Below are positions 32,521 to 43,202 of a stretch of 64,000 nucleotides of DNA, one piece after another (the first letter of the stretch is position 1; every line of letters starts with the position of its first letter). The stretch comes from SAR86 cluster bacterium SAR86A. Lineage in GTDB: Bacteria > Pseudomonadota > Gammaproteobacteria > Magnimaribacterales > D2472. The stretch is taken from the NCBI GenBank assembly GCA_000252525.1, contig JH611157.1:253472-317471 (forward strand), given 5' to 3'. The notes beneath the pieces were generated by a model, which saw only the letters and a list, made by a program, of their open reading frames with translations, had not been told where the DNA came from and made no database searches. Made by a program: the position numbers and the translations under genes.

Positions 32521-33519
32521 TTATATTTTAATTATAACTTTTCCCTTTGCTTTTCTGTCCATTAGGTGAGCAATTGCTAATGCACCATCATTTAAACTAA
32601 ACGAATCAGATACCTCTGGATTAATTTTTCCTTCTGAATGAAGTTTAAAAAGCTCCTCAAAGTTGTTTCTATTTTCATCTGGATGCATTCCAACCCATGC
32701 CCCCCAGAAAACACCTACGATTTTCATACCCTTTAAAAGTGCAAGATTGATCGGTATTTTTGGGATCTCACCAGCAGCAAAACCTATAACGAGGTATCTG
32801 CCGTCCCAAGCAGTTGCTCTTATGCATGGTTCTGAATAATTGTCTCCAATTGGATCATAGACGACATTAGCTCCCATACCTCCCGTCAATTCTTTAATTT
32901 TTGAAGAAAGTTCTTTTTGTTGATTCTTATCAAGCTTTCCACTTTCATATATGAAACCTTCGTCTGCACCATGTGCAATACATAAATCAATCTTGTCTTG
33001 TGTTGACGCAGCTGCGATAACTCTTGCCCCCATGGCTTTACCAAGCTCGACTGTTGCAAGTCCAACGCCTCCTGCAGCTCCTAGAACAAGTAAAGTTTCA
33101 CCTTCTTTTAACTCAGCTCTTTGTTTTAAAGCATACAGTGAAGTTCCATAAGTCATCGGAAGAGCAGCAGCAGTTTCAAAATCCATAGTATCAGGTATTT
33201 TCATCACAGTATTTTCGTGAACAACAATTTTTTCTGCAAAAGCCCCTAGGCCTGTCATTGCAAAAACCCTATCTCCAACTTGAATATCTTTTACATCATC
33301 TCCGATGGCTAAGACTTCTCCTGCAGATTCGCCACCAGGTGTGAATGGTAATTCGGGTTGAAATTGATATAGGCCCTGTATCATCAGAACATCTGGAAAA
33401 TTCACACTTGCAGCTTTGTTTTCAATTAGAACATGACCTGGAAGTAATTCTGGATCAGCTATTTCATTTACTTTTAGCTTGTCTGGTAATCCAAGCTCAA
33501 CACATTGCAGCGCTTTCAT
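32521..33519 (-). CDS. NADPH:quinone oxidoreductase (zeta-crystallin/MDR family)
   Basis: VNFPD, PGGE, GAAGGVG, IGFAAG. Confidence 0.9.
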   Translation of the reverse strand: MKALQCVELGLPDKLKVNEIADPELLPGHVLIENKAASVNFPDVLMIQGLYQFQPELPFTPGGESAGEVLAIGDDVKDIQVGDRVFAMTGLGAFAEKIVVHENTVMKIPDTMDFETAAALPMTYGTSLYALKQRAELKEGETLLVLGAAGGVGLATVELGKAMGARVIAAASTQDKIDLCIAHGADEGFIYESGKLDKNQQKELSSKIKELTGGMGANVVYDPIGDNYSEPCIRATAWDGRYLVIGFAAGEIPKIPINLALLKGMKIVGVFWGAWVGMHPDENRNNFEELFKLHSEGKINPEVSDSFSLNDGALAIAHLMDRKAKGKVIIKI

Positions 33520-33528
33520 AATTTCTCC

Positions 33529-35034
33529 TCAAAGATTAATATTATAGTTTTTTACGTATTCATTCATCTCTTCGCTTGAATTTTTTTGTAAGCTATTAAG
33601 TTTATCTATGGATAGTTCTGCTTCCATTTTTATGCTTTCAGCATACTTGTCGTTGGCTTTTTTAAAAAATTCAACCACTTCTTTTGCTTTATTAAGACCA
33701 TGTTCATGATAAGAGGTTTTTGGTAGTATGCCTCTTGAATAAGTTTTCACAAAATTAATAGCATCTATTAGGCTTTCACTATTTTCAAAGCAACATGCTA
33801 ACTTAATTAAGTCAGAGTAAATTTTTTCTCTGGCATCACCCAAAGTTTCTTCGACAGAATTAATTGAAAGCTTTATTCCATAATCTCTTCCGTCGTAAAC
33901 AGTTTTCTTATCGTTTTCATCAATTCTGATCTTTTCTTCATTAGAAATATCTTTGCTGGGACAAATTAGGCAATAAATTAAAATCATATCTAAAAATTTA
34001 ATATGATTTTTAGAAATTCCAGTTGGCTCATTTGGATCGATATCAATACCTCTAATTTCCAGATACTCTATGCCAAATTTCTTAAGTTGATTATAAGGCC
34101 TCAGGTTTTCCTCTGAGGCTCTTTTTGGCCTTATCGAATCATAGTATTCATTTTCAATTTGTATAATTCCATCTGATATTTGATGAAATTCACCATCATT
34201 ATCTATTAATCCTTTATTTTGAAAATCAGGATAAGGGTCAGTGATTGCACTTCTTATTTTCCTAAGAAATTCTTCTAGAGAGTTATATTTGATATTTAAA
34301 TTCTTTTGAGCATCACTAACGTAACCTATATCACTCATTCTTAAGGATGTTGCGTTTTTTTGATACATGTCGTTGTTAGATAGCTTTGACAGATTATTAA
34401 ATCTGCCATTTACAAAAGACTTATCAACTACATTTGTTTGTCCAAATTCGCTCAATACAAACCAAAAAATTCTTTTGAAATTTCTTATTAATCCAAGGTA
34501 TATCTCATCATAATCTTCCTGTGAATTATTTAGGCTTAATTTTGATAATGATTCGTTATTAATTGAGAAGTTATAGTGCATTCCAGAAACACACTGCATA
34601 GTCGAGCCATACCTGACCTTAAGTCCTTTTCTATAAACATGTTTAAGCAAGCCAGTATTGCTTTGATGATAATATCCTAGATTGATTTTTGATTCGTCTT
34701 TAATATGCGGTGGCATCGATAATGGCCACACTGTTTCATCTTCATTTATGTTATCTATAACAAAAATATGAAGACTGGTTAAAAATGCATGTAGCTCATC
34801 AATGTCATCAAAAGTTGGAGTAACTAATTCAAGCTGAGCTTCAGCAAAATCTGTTGTAATAAATTTATTGGTAAGTGCCGATCCAAGCGACTGAGGGTGC
34901 TCTCGTTCTGAGATATCACCTTTACGGTTAACTCTAAAAAATTCTTTCTCAATACCTCTATTAATGACTAAGTCATTAAAGAAATTCAGTTTACTTAATT
35001 CTTTGAGCCTTTTTTCTAAAAAATCATTATTCAT
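33529..35034 (-). CDS. gshA: Glutamate--cysteine ligase
   Basis: [49 protein letters not shown]. Confidence 0.95.
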   Translation of the reverse strand: MNNDFLEKRLKELSKLNFFNDLVINRGIEKEFFRVNRKGDISEREHPQSLGSALTNKFITTDFAEAQLELVTPTFDDIDELHAFLTSLHIFVIDNINEDETVWPLSMPPHIKDESKINLGYYHQSNTGLLKHVYRKGLKVRYGSTMQCVSGMHYNFSINNESLSKLSLNNSQEDYDEIYLGLIRNFKRIFWFVLSEFGQTNVVDKSFVNGRFNNLSKLSNNDMYQKNATSLRMSDIGYVSDAQKNLNIKYNSLEEFLRKIRSAITDPYPDFQNKGLIDNDGEFHQISDGIIQIENEYYDSIRPKRASEENLRPYNQLKKFGIEYLEIRGIDIDPNEPTGISKNHIKFLDMILIYCLICPSKDISNEEKIRIDENDKKTVYDGRDYGIKLSINSVEETLGDAREKIYSDLIKLACCFENSESLIDAINFVKTYSRGILPKTSYHEHGLNKAKEVVEFFKKANDKYAESIKMEAELSIDKLNSLQKNSSEEMNEYVKNYNINL

Positions 35035-36586
35035 TAAATCCAGGACCAGCTGAAACTATATCAGGATTTACATTAAATTTTTTAAAATTTTCTTGGAATT
35101 TATAAATAAGATCTTTTAAGTATTTTTGATACTCTTCATTGTCTTCCCAAGTTTTTTCTGGTGTAAGCAGGATAGATTCAACACCTTCTATTTCTAGAGG
35201 CACTTCTAGATTTAATCCAGGTATCATCTGTGTTTCTACATTATCCAATTCACCATCTTGGATGGCATTTACTATTCGTCTTGTAACAGGAATATCAAAC
35301 CTTGAACCTTTACCATAAGGTCCTCCTGTCCAACCTGTATTAACCAGAAAGACTTTTGATCCATAACCTTCAATTCTTTTCATAAGCAAATCTGCATATA
35401 CATCTGCTGGTCTAGGAAAAAATGGTGCGCCAAAACAAGTTGAGAATGTTGACGCTATATCAGATGTAGAACCCATTTCTGTAGATCCAACTTTTGCTGT
35501 ATAACCACTGAGAAAGTGATAAGCTGCTGCTTCTTTGGACAATATTGAAACCGGTGGAATAAGGCCTGTTAAATCACATGTAAGAAAAATTACAGTTTTG
35601 GGTTCCCCAGCTGCATTTGCTTCAACTGCATTTTCAATATGGGATCTTGGATAACAGCACCTGCCATTTTCTGACAGTGAAGTGTTTGAATAATCAGGTT
35701 CATTATTATTTAAAAAAACATTTTCAATAACACTTCCATGTTTTATAGCATTGAAGATTACTGGTTCATTTTCCTCAGAAAGATTAATTGTTTTTGCATA
35801 ACAACCGCCTTCAAAATTAAAAACTGATCCAGGGCTCCAACCATGTTCATCATCACCGATAAGAGAACATTTAGGGTCTGCTGACAAGGTAGTTTTACCA
35901 GTGCCAGATAATCCAAAAAACAATGCCACATTTCCATTTTTATTAACGTTCGCAGAGCAGTGCATAGGTAAAACATTTTTTTCAGGCAATAAAAAATTTT
36001 GAACAGAGAACATCGATTTCTTCATTTCACCTGCGTATTTCATGCCAGCAATAATTACTTTTCTTTGAGCAAAATTTATTACAACACAACTCTCAGAATT
36101 TGTACCATCAGATTCAGGATCACATTGAAAGTTTGCTGCCGATAAAATTTCCCATTCTTTTTTGTTATTTGGATTATAGTTTTCTGAGCAAACGAAAATC
36201 AGTCTTGCAAAAAATGAATGCCACGCAGTTTCAGTTGTAACTCGAACAGGTAAATAGTGCTCTGAATGAGATCCAACATGAACTCTTGAAACGTATCTAT
36301 CTTTTTCAGCAAGGTATGTTTCAACTTTGTCCCATAAAGAATTAAAGTTATCTTCCTCAAAAGGAATATTTACATCACCCCAATCAATTAGATTGCTTGA
36401 TCCAGGTTCCTTAACAATAAATCTATCATTAGGGCTTCTTCCTGTTCTTTCACCAGTTTCGGTCGAAAAAGCTCCATTATTTGCAATTACTCCTTCACCA
36501 TTATTAACAGCTGCGGTTATTAATTCTTCGTTTGTAAGCTCAAGAGCTTCTGAGGTTTGAGATGAAGTGTCCATGTTTACTAACAA
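35027..36586 (-). CDS. pckA: Phosphoenolpyruvate carboxykinase (ATP); likely start ATG at 36574
   Basis: [39 protein letters not shown]. Confidence 0.97.
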   Translation of the reverse strand: MLVNMDTSSQTSEALELTNEELITAAVNNGEGVIANNGAFSTETGERTGRSPNDRFIVKEPGSSNLIDWGDVNIPFEEDNFNSLWDKVETYLAEKDRYVSRVHVGSHSEHYLPVRVTTETAWHSFFARLIFVCSENYNPNNKKEWEILSAANFQCDPESDGTNSESCVVINFAQRKVIIAGMKYAGEMKKSMFSVQNFLLPEKNVLPMHCSANVNKNGNVALFFGLSGTGKTTLSADPKCSLIGDDEHGWSPGSVFNFEGGCYAKTINLSEENEPVIFNAIKHGSVIENVFLNNNEPDYSNTSLSENGRCCYPRSHIENAVEANAAGEPKTVIFLTCDLTGLIPPVSILSKEAAAYHFLSGYTAKVGSTEMGSTSDIASTFSTCFGAPFFPRPADVYADLLMKRIEGYGSKVFLVNTGWTGGPYGKGSRFDIPVTRRIVNAIQDGELDNVETQMIPGLNLEVPLEIEGVESILLTPEKTWEDNEEYQKYLKDLIYKFQENFKKFNVNPDIVSAGPGFNE

Positions 36587-36651
36587 ATATTATAGGTACT
36601 TGGGGGGAATAATTATATATGTAGAGGTGATAATTATGTACCTATAATATT
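36586..36651 (-). ncRNA. Putative structured RNA / hairpin in the pckA 5' leader
   Basis: Perfect 14-bp inverted repeat AATATTATAGGTAC (36586-36599) / GTACCTATAATATT (36638-36651) plus an inner 8-bp stem. Confidence 0.5.
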
Positions 36652-36762
36652 AGCCTTGTTAGCAATAATTCGAATTACTATGTAGTGAAGTAAAATATAA
36701 CAGTAGTAGAAAGTCAATTATTTCATTAAATACTGTATTTTAAGCTTTTTCTGCCATGATTT

Positions 36763-36781
36763 TATGTAGTTATACTACATA
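36763..36781. promoter_or_regulatory. Palindromic operator, RccR/HexR (RpiR family)-like, upstream of pckA
   Basis: TATGTAGT-TAT-ACTACATA perfect inverted repeat; additional half-site ATGTAGTG at 36680-36687. Confidence 0.65.
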
Positions 36782-36799
36782 TTTTGGTAAAAAATGGCT

Positions 36800-37285
36800 T
36801 TATAATACTTTTTTTAAACTCAAAATAAAGTAAAACACAAAGAAAACAAGCCCCCATTCTGCAAAATTTAAGATAAAACGCATACCATCTTCTGCGCAGC
36901 TTGGGCCACCAGCAAGAGTTCTTGTTATCGCCTCGATTAAACCAAAATAATCAACCATAGTATGAAAAGGCATTCCGCATCCTGATAAAGATGATAATTC
37001 TTCAACTGTTAAGTTTTGAATATAAATTTGCTTTGAAGTTATAAAAATACCGAAACTGGATGAAAGAACCATTAGCAAGTAACTAAATTTAGATTTAAGC
37101 AGATAGCTTATTAATGAAGTTAAAATGATTAAACCAAACGCATACCTTGTAAGTATGCACATTGCACAAGCTTGTAAAAAGAATACTTTATCAAGAATAT
37201 AGGCTAGAACAATTACTAGCGATGCAAACATTGCTGAGGCTATTTCAAAATAGTTTTGATAAACTTCTTTAATAAGATTTAACAT
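36800..37285 (-). CDS. dsbB: Disulfide bond formation protein DsbB
   Basis: ACAMCILTR plus a second Cys pair (GCG...SCAE); four TM helices. Confidence 0.88.
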   Translation of the reverse strand: MLNLIKEVYQNYFEIASAMFASLVIVLAYILDKVFFLQACAMCILTRYAFGLIILTSLISYLLKSKFSYLLMVLSSSFGIFITSKQIYIQNLTVEELSSLSGCGMPFHTMVDYFGLIEAITRTLAGGPSCAEDGMRFILNFAEWGLVFFVFYFILSLKKVL

Positions 37286-37338
37286 TTTTATTAATTATAA
37301 AAAAACAACAGCAATAATACACTAAATTAATTTTTACA

Positions 37339-40011
37339 ATGAAAGACAGAATTTTTGTAATAGACGGCTCTTCATACCTTTATAGAGCTTATCATGCCAT
37401 GCCTCCTTTAAGCACCTCAAAAGGTCAGCCAACAGGAGCAGTAAAAGGCGTTACGAATATGTTAATGAATCTCAAGAAAGATAGCGAAGGCTCTCCAATA
37501 ATCGTAGTTTTTGATGCAAAAGGTAAGACATTTAGAAACGATATTTATTCAGAATATAAAGCAAATAGGCCACCTATGCCGGATGAACTTCGTCTTCAGC
37601 TACAGCCAGTAAAATCAATTTGTAAGGCCATTGGATTTCCTCTTATAGAAATTGAAGGTGTTGAAGCAGATGATGTTATAGCAACAATTACCAAAATGGC
37701 AAAAGATGCTAAATACAAATGTGTTGTTTCTTCTCTAGATAAAGATCTTATGCAATTGGTTGAAGATCCTGATACAACATTAATGAATACTATGAAGCAT
37801 GAGATATTTAATGAAGACAAGGTATTTGAAAAGTTTGGAGTGAAGCCAAGTCAAATCAGAGATATGCTTGCCTTAGTGGGTGATTCGTCTGACAACATTC
37901 CTGGCGTTTCAAAGGTTGGTCAAAAAACTGCTGCTAAGTGGTTAAACGAATATGGCAACCTTGAGGGAATTATCAGCAACGCCGATTCAATTAAAGGAGT
38001 TGTAGGGGATAATCTTAGAAATAGTTTAGATGATCTCGATAGAAATATTGAATTAGTTTCTCTTAAAGAAGATGTTGACTTGAATCTTAAATTTGAAGAT
38101 TTATTAATTTGCAATCCTGATGAAGAAGAGCTTGAGAAGATTTTTAATGAATTAGAATTTGCTGCGATAAATAATAATAAAGATGAGAAGTCACCAAAGA
38201 AGCTTGGCAAATATAAAACAGTTCTTGATAAAAAAGATCTTGATGATTGGATAAAAAAAATTAAAAATTCAAAAGCCTTTGCTATTGATACTGAAACTGA
38301 CTCGGTTGACACTGTTACTGCTAACCTCCTTGGCATTTCAATTTCAGTAAATGAAAATGAAGGTTGCTATATCCCCCTAGGCCATACCTATGAAGATTGT
38401 CCAAAACAATTATCAATGGACTATGTAATCAAAACTTTAGGAAGTGTCATAGAGGAAAACCAAAACAAAGCAGTAGGACAAAATTTAAAATTTGATATAC
38501 CCATACTATCAAGACATGGAATTAATATTACGAATTTTTTAGCAGATACGATGCTGATGTCCTATGTTTTAAATAGTACAGCAACTCGACATGGCATGGA
38601 TAGACTTGCTGAATATTATTTAAATTATACGACTACAAAATATACCGACGTGACAGGAACTGCTTCAAAACAAATAAGTTTTGCAGAAGTAAAACTGGAT
38701 GTTGCTACCAATTATGCCGCTGAGGATGCTGACATAACTTTACGTCTTTTTAATGTTTTTTCCCCACTGCTAAAAGATAAACCTGTTCAAAAAAAGCTAC
38801 TCGAGGATCTTGAGTATCCATTAGTCCATGTTCTAGCAAGAGTTGAACAAAATGGAGCAAAAATTGATAAGAAAAAACTAGCCAATCATTCTCAAGAGTT
38901 GAGTGAAAAAATTGATGAATTATCTAAGCAGGCATTTAAGATTGCAGGAGAAGAGTTCAATTTAGACTCTCCAAAACAGCTTTTAGAAATATTGTATGAA
39001 AAGCAAGGATTGCCAGTTCTCAAAAAGACACCCAAAGGCCAGCCTTCAACAAACGAGGATACACTTCAGAGATTATCAGAAGAATATGAGCTTCCAAGGA
39101 TAATTCTTCAATATAGAACACTTGCAAAGTTAAAATCTACTTATACAGACAGTTTAATTAACATTGAAAACCCTAAGACTAAAAGAATTCATACTTCATA
39201 TCAACAGGCTGTCACTTCAACAGGCAGACTCTCATCCACAGAACCCAATCTTCAAAATATTCCAATTAAAACTGCTGAAGGACGCAGAATAAGAGAAGCT
39301 TTTGTCCCTGAAAAAGGAAATGTTCTTATCTCTGCAGACTATTCTCAAATTGAATTAAGAATAATGGCTCATTTATCAAAAGATAAAAATTTAACTTATG
39401 CCTTTAACAATGATGTTGATGTTCATTCGTCAACTGCTGCTGAAGTTTTTGGTGTGTCAATTGACAATGTAAGCCAAGACCAAAGAAGAAGCGCCAAAGC
39501 TATTAACTTTGGATTAATGTACGGAATGTCCGCTTTTGGTTTAACAAGACAGTTAGGTATTCCAAGAGGGGAAGCTCAGGAATATTTAGATACTTATTTT
39601 GCAAGATATACAGGCGTTAGAGATTATATGAATAATATTAAAGCTCAAGCAAAAGAGGATAAATTTGTAGAGACAATCATGGGAAGACGTCTTTATTTAA
39701 ATGAAATTAATGCAGCAAATGGTTTAAGACGACAAGCTGCAGAAAGAGCTGCAATTAATGCTCCTCTTCAAGGATCAGCAGCAGACATAATTAAAAAAGC
39801 AATGCTCGACATTGATGAACTAATACTAAATGAGCTGTCAGAAGTCCAAATGATAATGCAGGTTCATGATGAATTAGTTTTTGAGTGTCCAAAAAGTAAA
39901 GCTGATGCAGTCATGGAAAAGATGAAAGATACCATGGAAAAAACCGTAGAGTTAAATATTCCTTTGATAGCTGAAGCAGCAATTGGATCAAACTGGAATG
40001 AAGCTCATTAG
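37339..40011 (+). CDS. polA: DNA polymerase I
   Basis: 5'-3' exonuclease (IDGSSYLYRAYH), 3'-5' exonuclease (AIDTET), SADYSQIELR, KAINFGLMYG, QVHDELV. Confidence 0.98.
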   Translation: MKDRIFVIDGSSYLYRAYHAMPPLSTSKGQPTGAVKGVTNMLMNLKKDSEGSPIIVVFDAKGKTFRNDIYSEYKANRPPMPDELRLQLQPVKSICKAIGFPLIEIEGVEADDVIATITKMAKDAKYKCVVSSLDKDLMQLVEDPDTTLMNTMKHEIFNEDKVFEKFGVKPSQIRDMLALVGDSSDNIPGVSKVGQKTAAKWLNEYGNLEGIISNADSIKGVVGDNLRNSLDDLDRNIELVSLKEDVDLNLKFEDLLICNPDEEELEKIFNELEFAAINNNKDEKSPKKLGKYKTVLDKKDLDDWIKKIKNSKAFAIDTETDSVDTVTANLLGISISVNENEGCYIPLGHTYEDCPKQLSMDYVIKTLGSVIEENQNKAVGQNLKFDIPILSRHGINITNFLADTMLMSYVLNSTATRHGMDRLAEYYLNYTTTKYTDVTGTASKQISFAEVKLDVATNYAAEDADITLRLFNVFSPLLKDKPVQKKLLEDLEYPLVHVLARVEQNGAKIDKKKLANHSQELSEKIDELSKQAFKIAGEEFNLDSPKQLLEILYEKQGLPVLKKTPKGQPSTNEDTLQRLSEEYELPRIILQYRTLAKLKSTYTDSLINIENPKTKRIHTSYQQAVTSTGRLSSTEPNLQNIPIKTAEGRRIREAFVPEKGNVLISADYSQIELRIMAHLSKDKNLTYAFNNDVDVHSSTAAEVFGVSIDNVSQDQRRSAKAINFGLMYGMSAFGLTRQLGIPRGEAQEYLDTYFARYTGVRDYMNNIKAQAKEDKFVETIMGRRLYLNEINAANGLRRQAAERAAINAPLQGSAADIIKKAMLDIDELILNELSEVQMIMQVHDELVFECPKSKADAVMEKMKDTMEKTVELNIPLIAEAAIGSNWNEAH

Positions 40012-40020
40012 AGCTTTTTT
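40001..40020 (+). terminator. Possible weak intrinsic terminator overlapping the polA stop
   Basis: AAGCTC-ATTA-GAGCTT followed by TTTT at a convergent gene junction. Confidence 0.35.
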
Positions 40021-40486
40021 ATAGCCATCTCCTCACATTGCATACATAATCTTTCCATTCTTGATCGAAAAGTTTTTCCATAGCAGATTCTTCAGGCTTA
40101 ATTTGAAATATTGTTATAAATAACATAAACAAGCCGGTGAAAATCAATCCACCTATTAAATTAAATTTTAAAGTCAAGCCAAGTAATATGAATGACATTC
40201 CTAAATACATTGGGTTTCTAGAGTATTTAAAAATTCCAGTTACAACTAGAGAGGAAGCTTTTTCTATTGATATTGGATTAATGGTGGTTTCATGGTTCTT
40301 AAATGAAATTATTGCTGTTACTAGAACAGATATTCCAACTATAAAGGAAATAATACTCAACGAGCTTAGTATAGAAAAACTAAATTCAGGAAAGAATGAC
40401 TTTGATAAGTAAATACAAAGCCCAAAGAATAAAGTTACGATTGGAGGTGGTATTTTATTATTCATGCTATTTCTTGATACTGTCAA
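40019..40486 (-). CDS. Isoprenylcysteine carboxyl methyltransferase (ICMT/PEMT) family membrane protein; likely start 40466
   Basis: LVVTGIFKYSRNPMYLG, QIKPEE, Y...VRRWL. Confidence 0.85.
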   Translation of the reverse strand: MTVSRNSMNNKIPPPIVTLFFGLCIYLSKSFFPEFSFSILSSLSIISFIVGISVLVTAIISFKNHETTINPISIEKASSLVVTGIFKYSRNPMYLGMSFILLGLTLKFNLIGGLIFTGLFMLFITIFQIKPEESAMEKLFDQEWKDYVCNVRRWL

Positions 40487-41375
40487 CGAAATCCTGGGCT
40501 ACTTGCTTTTCTATACCAGATGAAAAGAAATGACCTCCAGAATATTTTTTAACTATTGGATTATTGTAGCTTTTAATGGCCTCTTCAACTAGTTTCGAAT
40601 CTATTTCCAAATCATCTTCAGCATATGCGAAATAGCTTGGGATAGAGTTAGTGCCGATAATATTATGGTCGTTAAGTCTATTTCCCATAGCATTTCCTAA
40701 AAAGAATTTTTTAAAAAATCTCTCAGTTCCTTTAACCTCAAACTGCCCAACATAATGATCTAATAGCTTTTCACTCATTAAATCCTCATATTCTTCAATT
40801 CTTTTTAAAACATTTGGAACCAAAAGAACTCTAGATAATAAGTCGCCGTATAATGGTATTTTTACTATTGATAATAGTGGAACATTTGCAGAGTTGATAA
40901 GTGGAACTTGGTAACCTATAAAGCTAACGTTTTCTAGGTTATTTGAAGCATATTTAGCCGCAACTGCAGCACCAAAAGATACACCATAAAGTATTACGTT
41001 TTCAGCTTCACAATGCTCAATCAATTCTTTAAGTTGCTTTTCCATCAGCTCAATACTTATATGAGTATCAACTCTATCCGAGAAGCCTCTGCCATATTGA
41101 TCATAAGTTATAACTCTATAATTATTTTCAAGAAAGACATTTACATATTCCTCGTATGCAAGTGATCCAAAAGTAGCTCCATGGACAAGAACAATAACTT
41201 CGTTGTTTTTATCTCCGAGATCTTTATAAGAAGTCACACCTTCAGTTAATTTAAGTTCTTGATAGCCAGAATTTAATCTAAATTCATTTATGTCAACATT
41301 CTCTCTATCAAGGGAGAAATACAAAAAGATTGGGATAAATAAAAATATAAAAAGAAGACTGAGAACTTTTTTCAT
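40467..41375 (-). CDS. Alpha/beta hydrolase with N-terminal membrane anchor
   Basis: VLVHG, YDQYGRGFSD, GVSFG nucleophile elbow, GGHF. Confidence 0.85.
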   Translation of the reverse strand: MKKVLSLLFIFLFIPIFLYFSLDRENVDINEFRLNSGYQELKLTEGVTSYKDLGDKNNEVIVLVHGATFGSLAYEEYVNVFLENNYRVITYDQYGRGFSDRVDTHISIELMEKQLKELIEHCEAENVILYGVSFGAAVAAKYASNNLENVSFIGYQVPLINSANVPLLSIVKIPLYGDLLSRVLLVPNVLKRIEEYEDLMSEKLLDHYVGQFEVKGTERFFKKFFLGNAMGNRLNDHNIIGTNSIPSYFAYAEDDLEIDSKLVEEAIKSYNNPIVKKYSGGHFFSSGIEKQVAQDFVDSIKK

Positions 41376-41391
41376 TAATTAATATTTCGTT

Positions 41392-41889
41392 CTATCGCTC
41401 AATTGGAGTGTATTGTAATTCTTCTGGAAGAAGAATCTTTATGCCATGTTCTTCTCTTAAATCAGATATTTTCATTTTTAGATATTTCTCAGGCATCTTA
41501 AAAGGCCATTTTTTCTTCATTTTTAGAGCTCTAAACATAACTTTTCTTTTGATCCCTCCAAGTTTCCAAAAAATTTTTAAAAAGCCTAAAATACCAAATT
41601 CTTTATATAAATCTTTATAAAGTTGTTTTATTTGAGGAAGACTTTGATATCCCCAAATATATTTCAATTGCCATTTACTTCCCCATACAACCCAACTATC
41701 AAGAATTGATTCTTGCTCAATAGAGATATCAAGACCAAATATGACATGAGTACAATCATGATCTCTTAGAAGTGTTCCGGAGTTATCATCATCCTCAAAA
41801 ACTTCAGTCGTATCAGGAAAAGATCTGTAATAGCATTCCAAACCTTCTTCCAAAGTTAAATCACAGTCTTGCTTTTGGTATTCCAACAT
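41392..41889 (-). CDS. Hypothetical protein with Coq4-like HDxxH-x11-E metal motif
   Basis: HDCTHVIFGLDISIEQE; C-terminal KISDLREEHGI. Confidence 0.6.
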   Translation of the reverse strand: MLEYQKQDCDLTLEEGLECYYRSFPDTTEVFEDDDNSGTLLRDHDCTHVIFGLDISIEQESILDSWVVWGSKWQLKYIWGYQSLPQIKQLYKDLYKEFGILGFLKIFWKLGGIKRKVMFRALKMKKKWPFKMPEKYLKMKISDLREEHGIKILLPEELQYTPIER

Positions 41890-42470
41890 TATGCTAAAAA
41901 TTTTAGCATTTCTTTTGAAAGCTTATCAAAGCCAACAATGTCCTTTGAAGAAACAGCCATTGGGTTTGAATTAGGAATCTTATCCTTAACAAAATTTATG
42001 GCTTTAGAAATGTTGTTATTTGATAATTTATCACTTTTGGTAAGCACTGGAATACATGGAACATCAAAATCTTTGCATAAATGAATCATCTCCCAATCAC
42101 TCTCTTTTAAAGGATGACGAATATCCATAAAAATAATTACTGCAGCTAAAGCTTTCCTTTTTTGAAAGTACTGTCCTAATAAGGATCCCCAATCTTTCTT
42201 TTTTGATCTGCTTGATTTTGCAAATCCATAACCAGGTAGATCTAATAACATCAAATCATCATTAACTCTAAAAAAGTTTATTTCTGTGGTTCTGCCAGGA
42301 GTTTTGCTTATTCTTGCCAATTTTTTATTTTCAGTAAGAGCATTTAGAGCACTAGACTTGCCTGCATTCGATCTTCCTGCAAGCAAAATTTCATTGCCAA
42401 TATCTTTTGGTAGCTTTTTATAATCTGTTACACCAAAAACAAACTCGGTATTTTTAAAAAGGTTTTTCAT
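41889..42470 (-). CDS. engB: Ribosome biogenesis GTPase EngB (YihA)
   Basis: GRSNAGKSS, SKTPGRT, DLPGYG, TKSDK. Confidence 0.96.
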   Translation of the reverse strand: MKNLFKNTEFVFGVTDYKKLPKDIGNEILLAGRSNAGKSSALNALTENKKLARISKTPGRTTEINFFRVNDDLMLLDLPGYGFAKSSRSKKKDWGSLLGQYFQKRKALAAVIIFMDIRHPLKESDWEMIHLCKDFDVPCIPVLTKSDKLSNNNISKAINFVKDKIPNSNPMAVSSKDIVGFDKLSKEMLKFLA

Positions 42471-42536
42471 TTAAACGTTTATATCATATCAACCTATGTT
42501 TATAATACACATCAACAATACACACTTATATTTTCT

Positions 42537-43202
42537 ATGAAATATTTTTTAATATTTTTTATATTTTTAGGCTCTATTAATTTTTTATTTGCAGCTGAAG
42601 AAAGCTCAAAAAAAATAGAATTGCCTGATAATTTTGTTTCAGGAGATTCTGAAAGAGGATCACAATTAGTTGAATCATGTTCTGCATGTCATGGAACAGA
42701 CGGAAATAGTATAAGTAGTGATTGGCCTAAACTAGCTGGTCAAAACCAAAAGTATCTATATGAACAATTACAGTATTTTAAAGACGGCGTCAGAATGAAT
42801 GCGCTCATGATGTCAGTAACCCCATACCTTCAGACTCTAGATAATGAAGATCTTCTTGATATTGCTGCATTTTATTCGAATTATGAAACTTCAGTTGGAC
42901 AAGCCAAGAATGATGAAGAATTACTTAATGTTGGTACACAATTATATAGGTTTGGTAACATGAAAAAAGGTATACCTGCATGCACTTCTTGTCATGCGGT
43001 TTATGGTCAGGGGAATAGCTTGGCCGGTTTTCCAGCAGTTGCGGGACAACAGATCGGATACTTAACTTCAACGCTAAAAGCTTACAGATCAAAAGAAAGA
43101 AACACGGGCGAATTATCAGAAATGATGCAATCTATTGCACAAAATCTATCTGATGATGAAATAGACGCTTTAGCAAACTATATGCATGGGTTATATCAAT
43201 GA
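42537..43202 (+). CDS. Di-haem cytochrome c4
   Basis: Signal peptide, CSACH and CTSCH, WPKLAGQ; divergent from engB. Confidence 0.92.
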   Translation: MKYFLIFFIFLGSINFLFAAEESSKKIELPDNFVSGDSERGSQLVESCSACHGTDGNSISSDWPKLAGQNQKYLYEQLQYFKDGVRMNALMMSVTPYLQTLDNEDLLDIAAFYSNYETSVGQAKNDEELLNVGTQLYRFGNMKKGIPACTSCHAVYGQGNSLAGFPAVAGQQIGYLTSTLKAYRSKERNTGELSEMMQSIAQNLSDDEIDALANYMHGLYQ

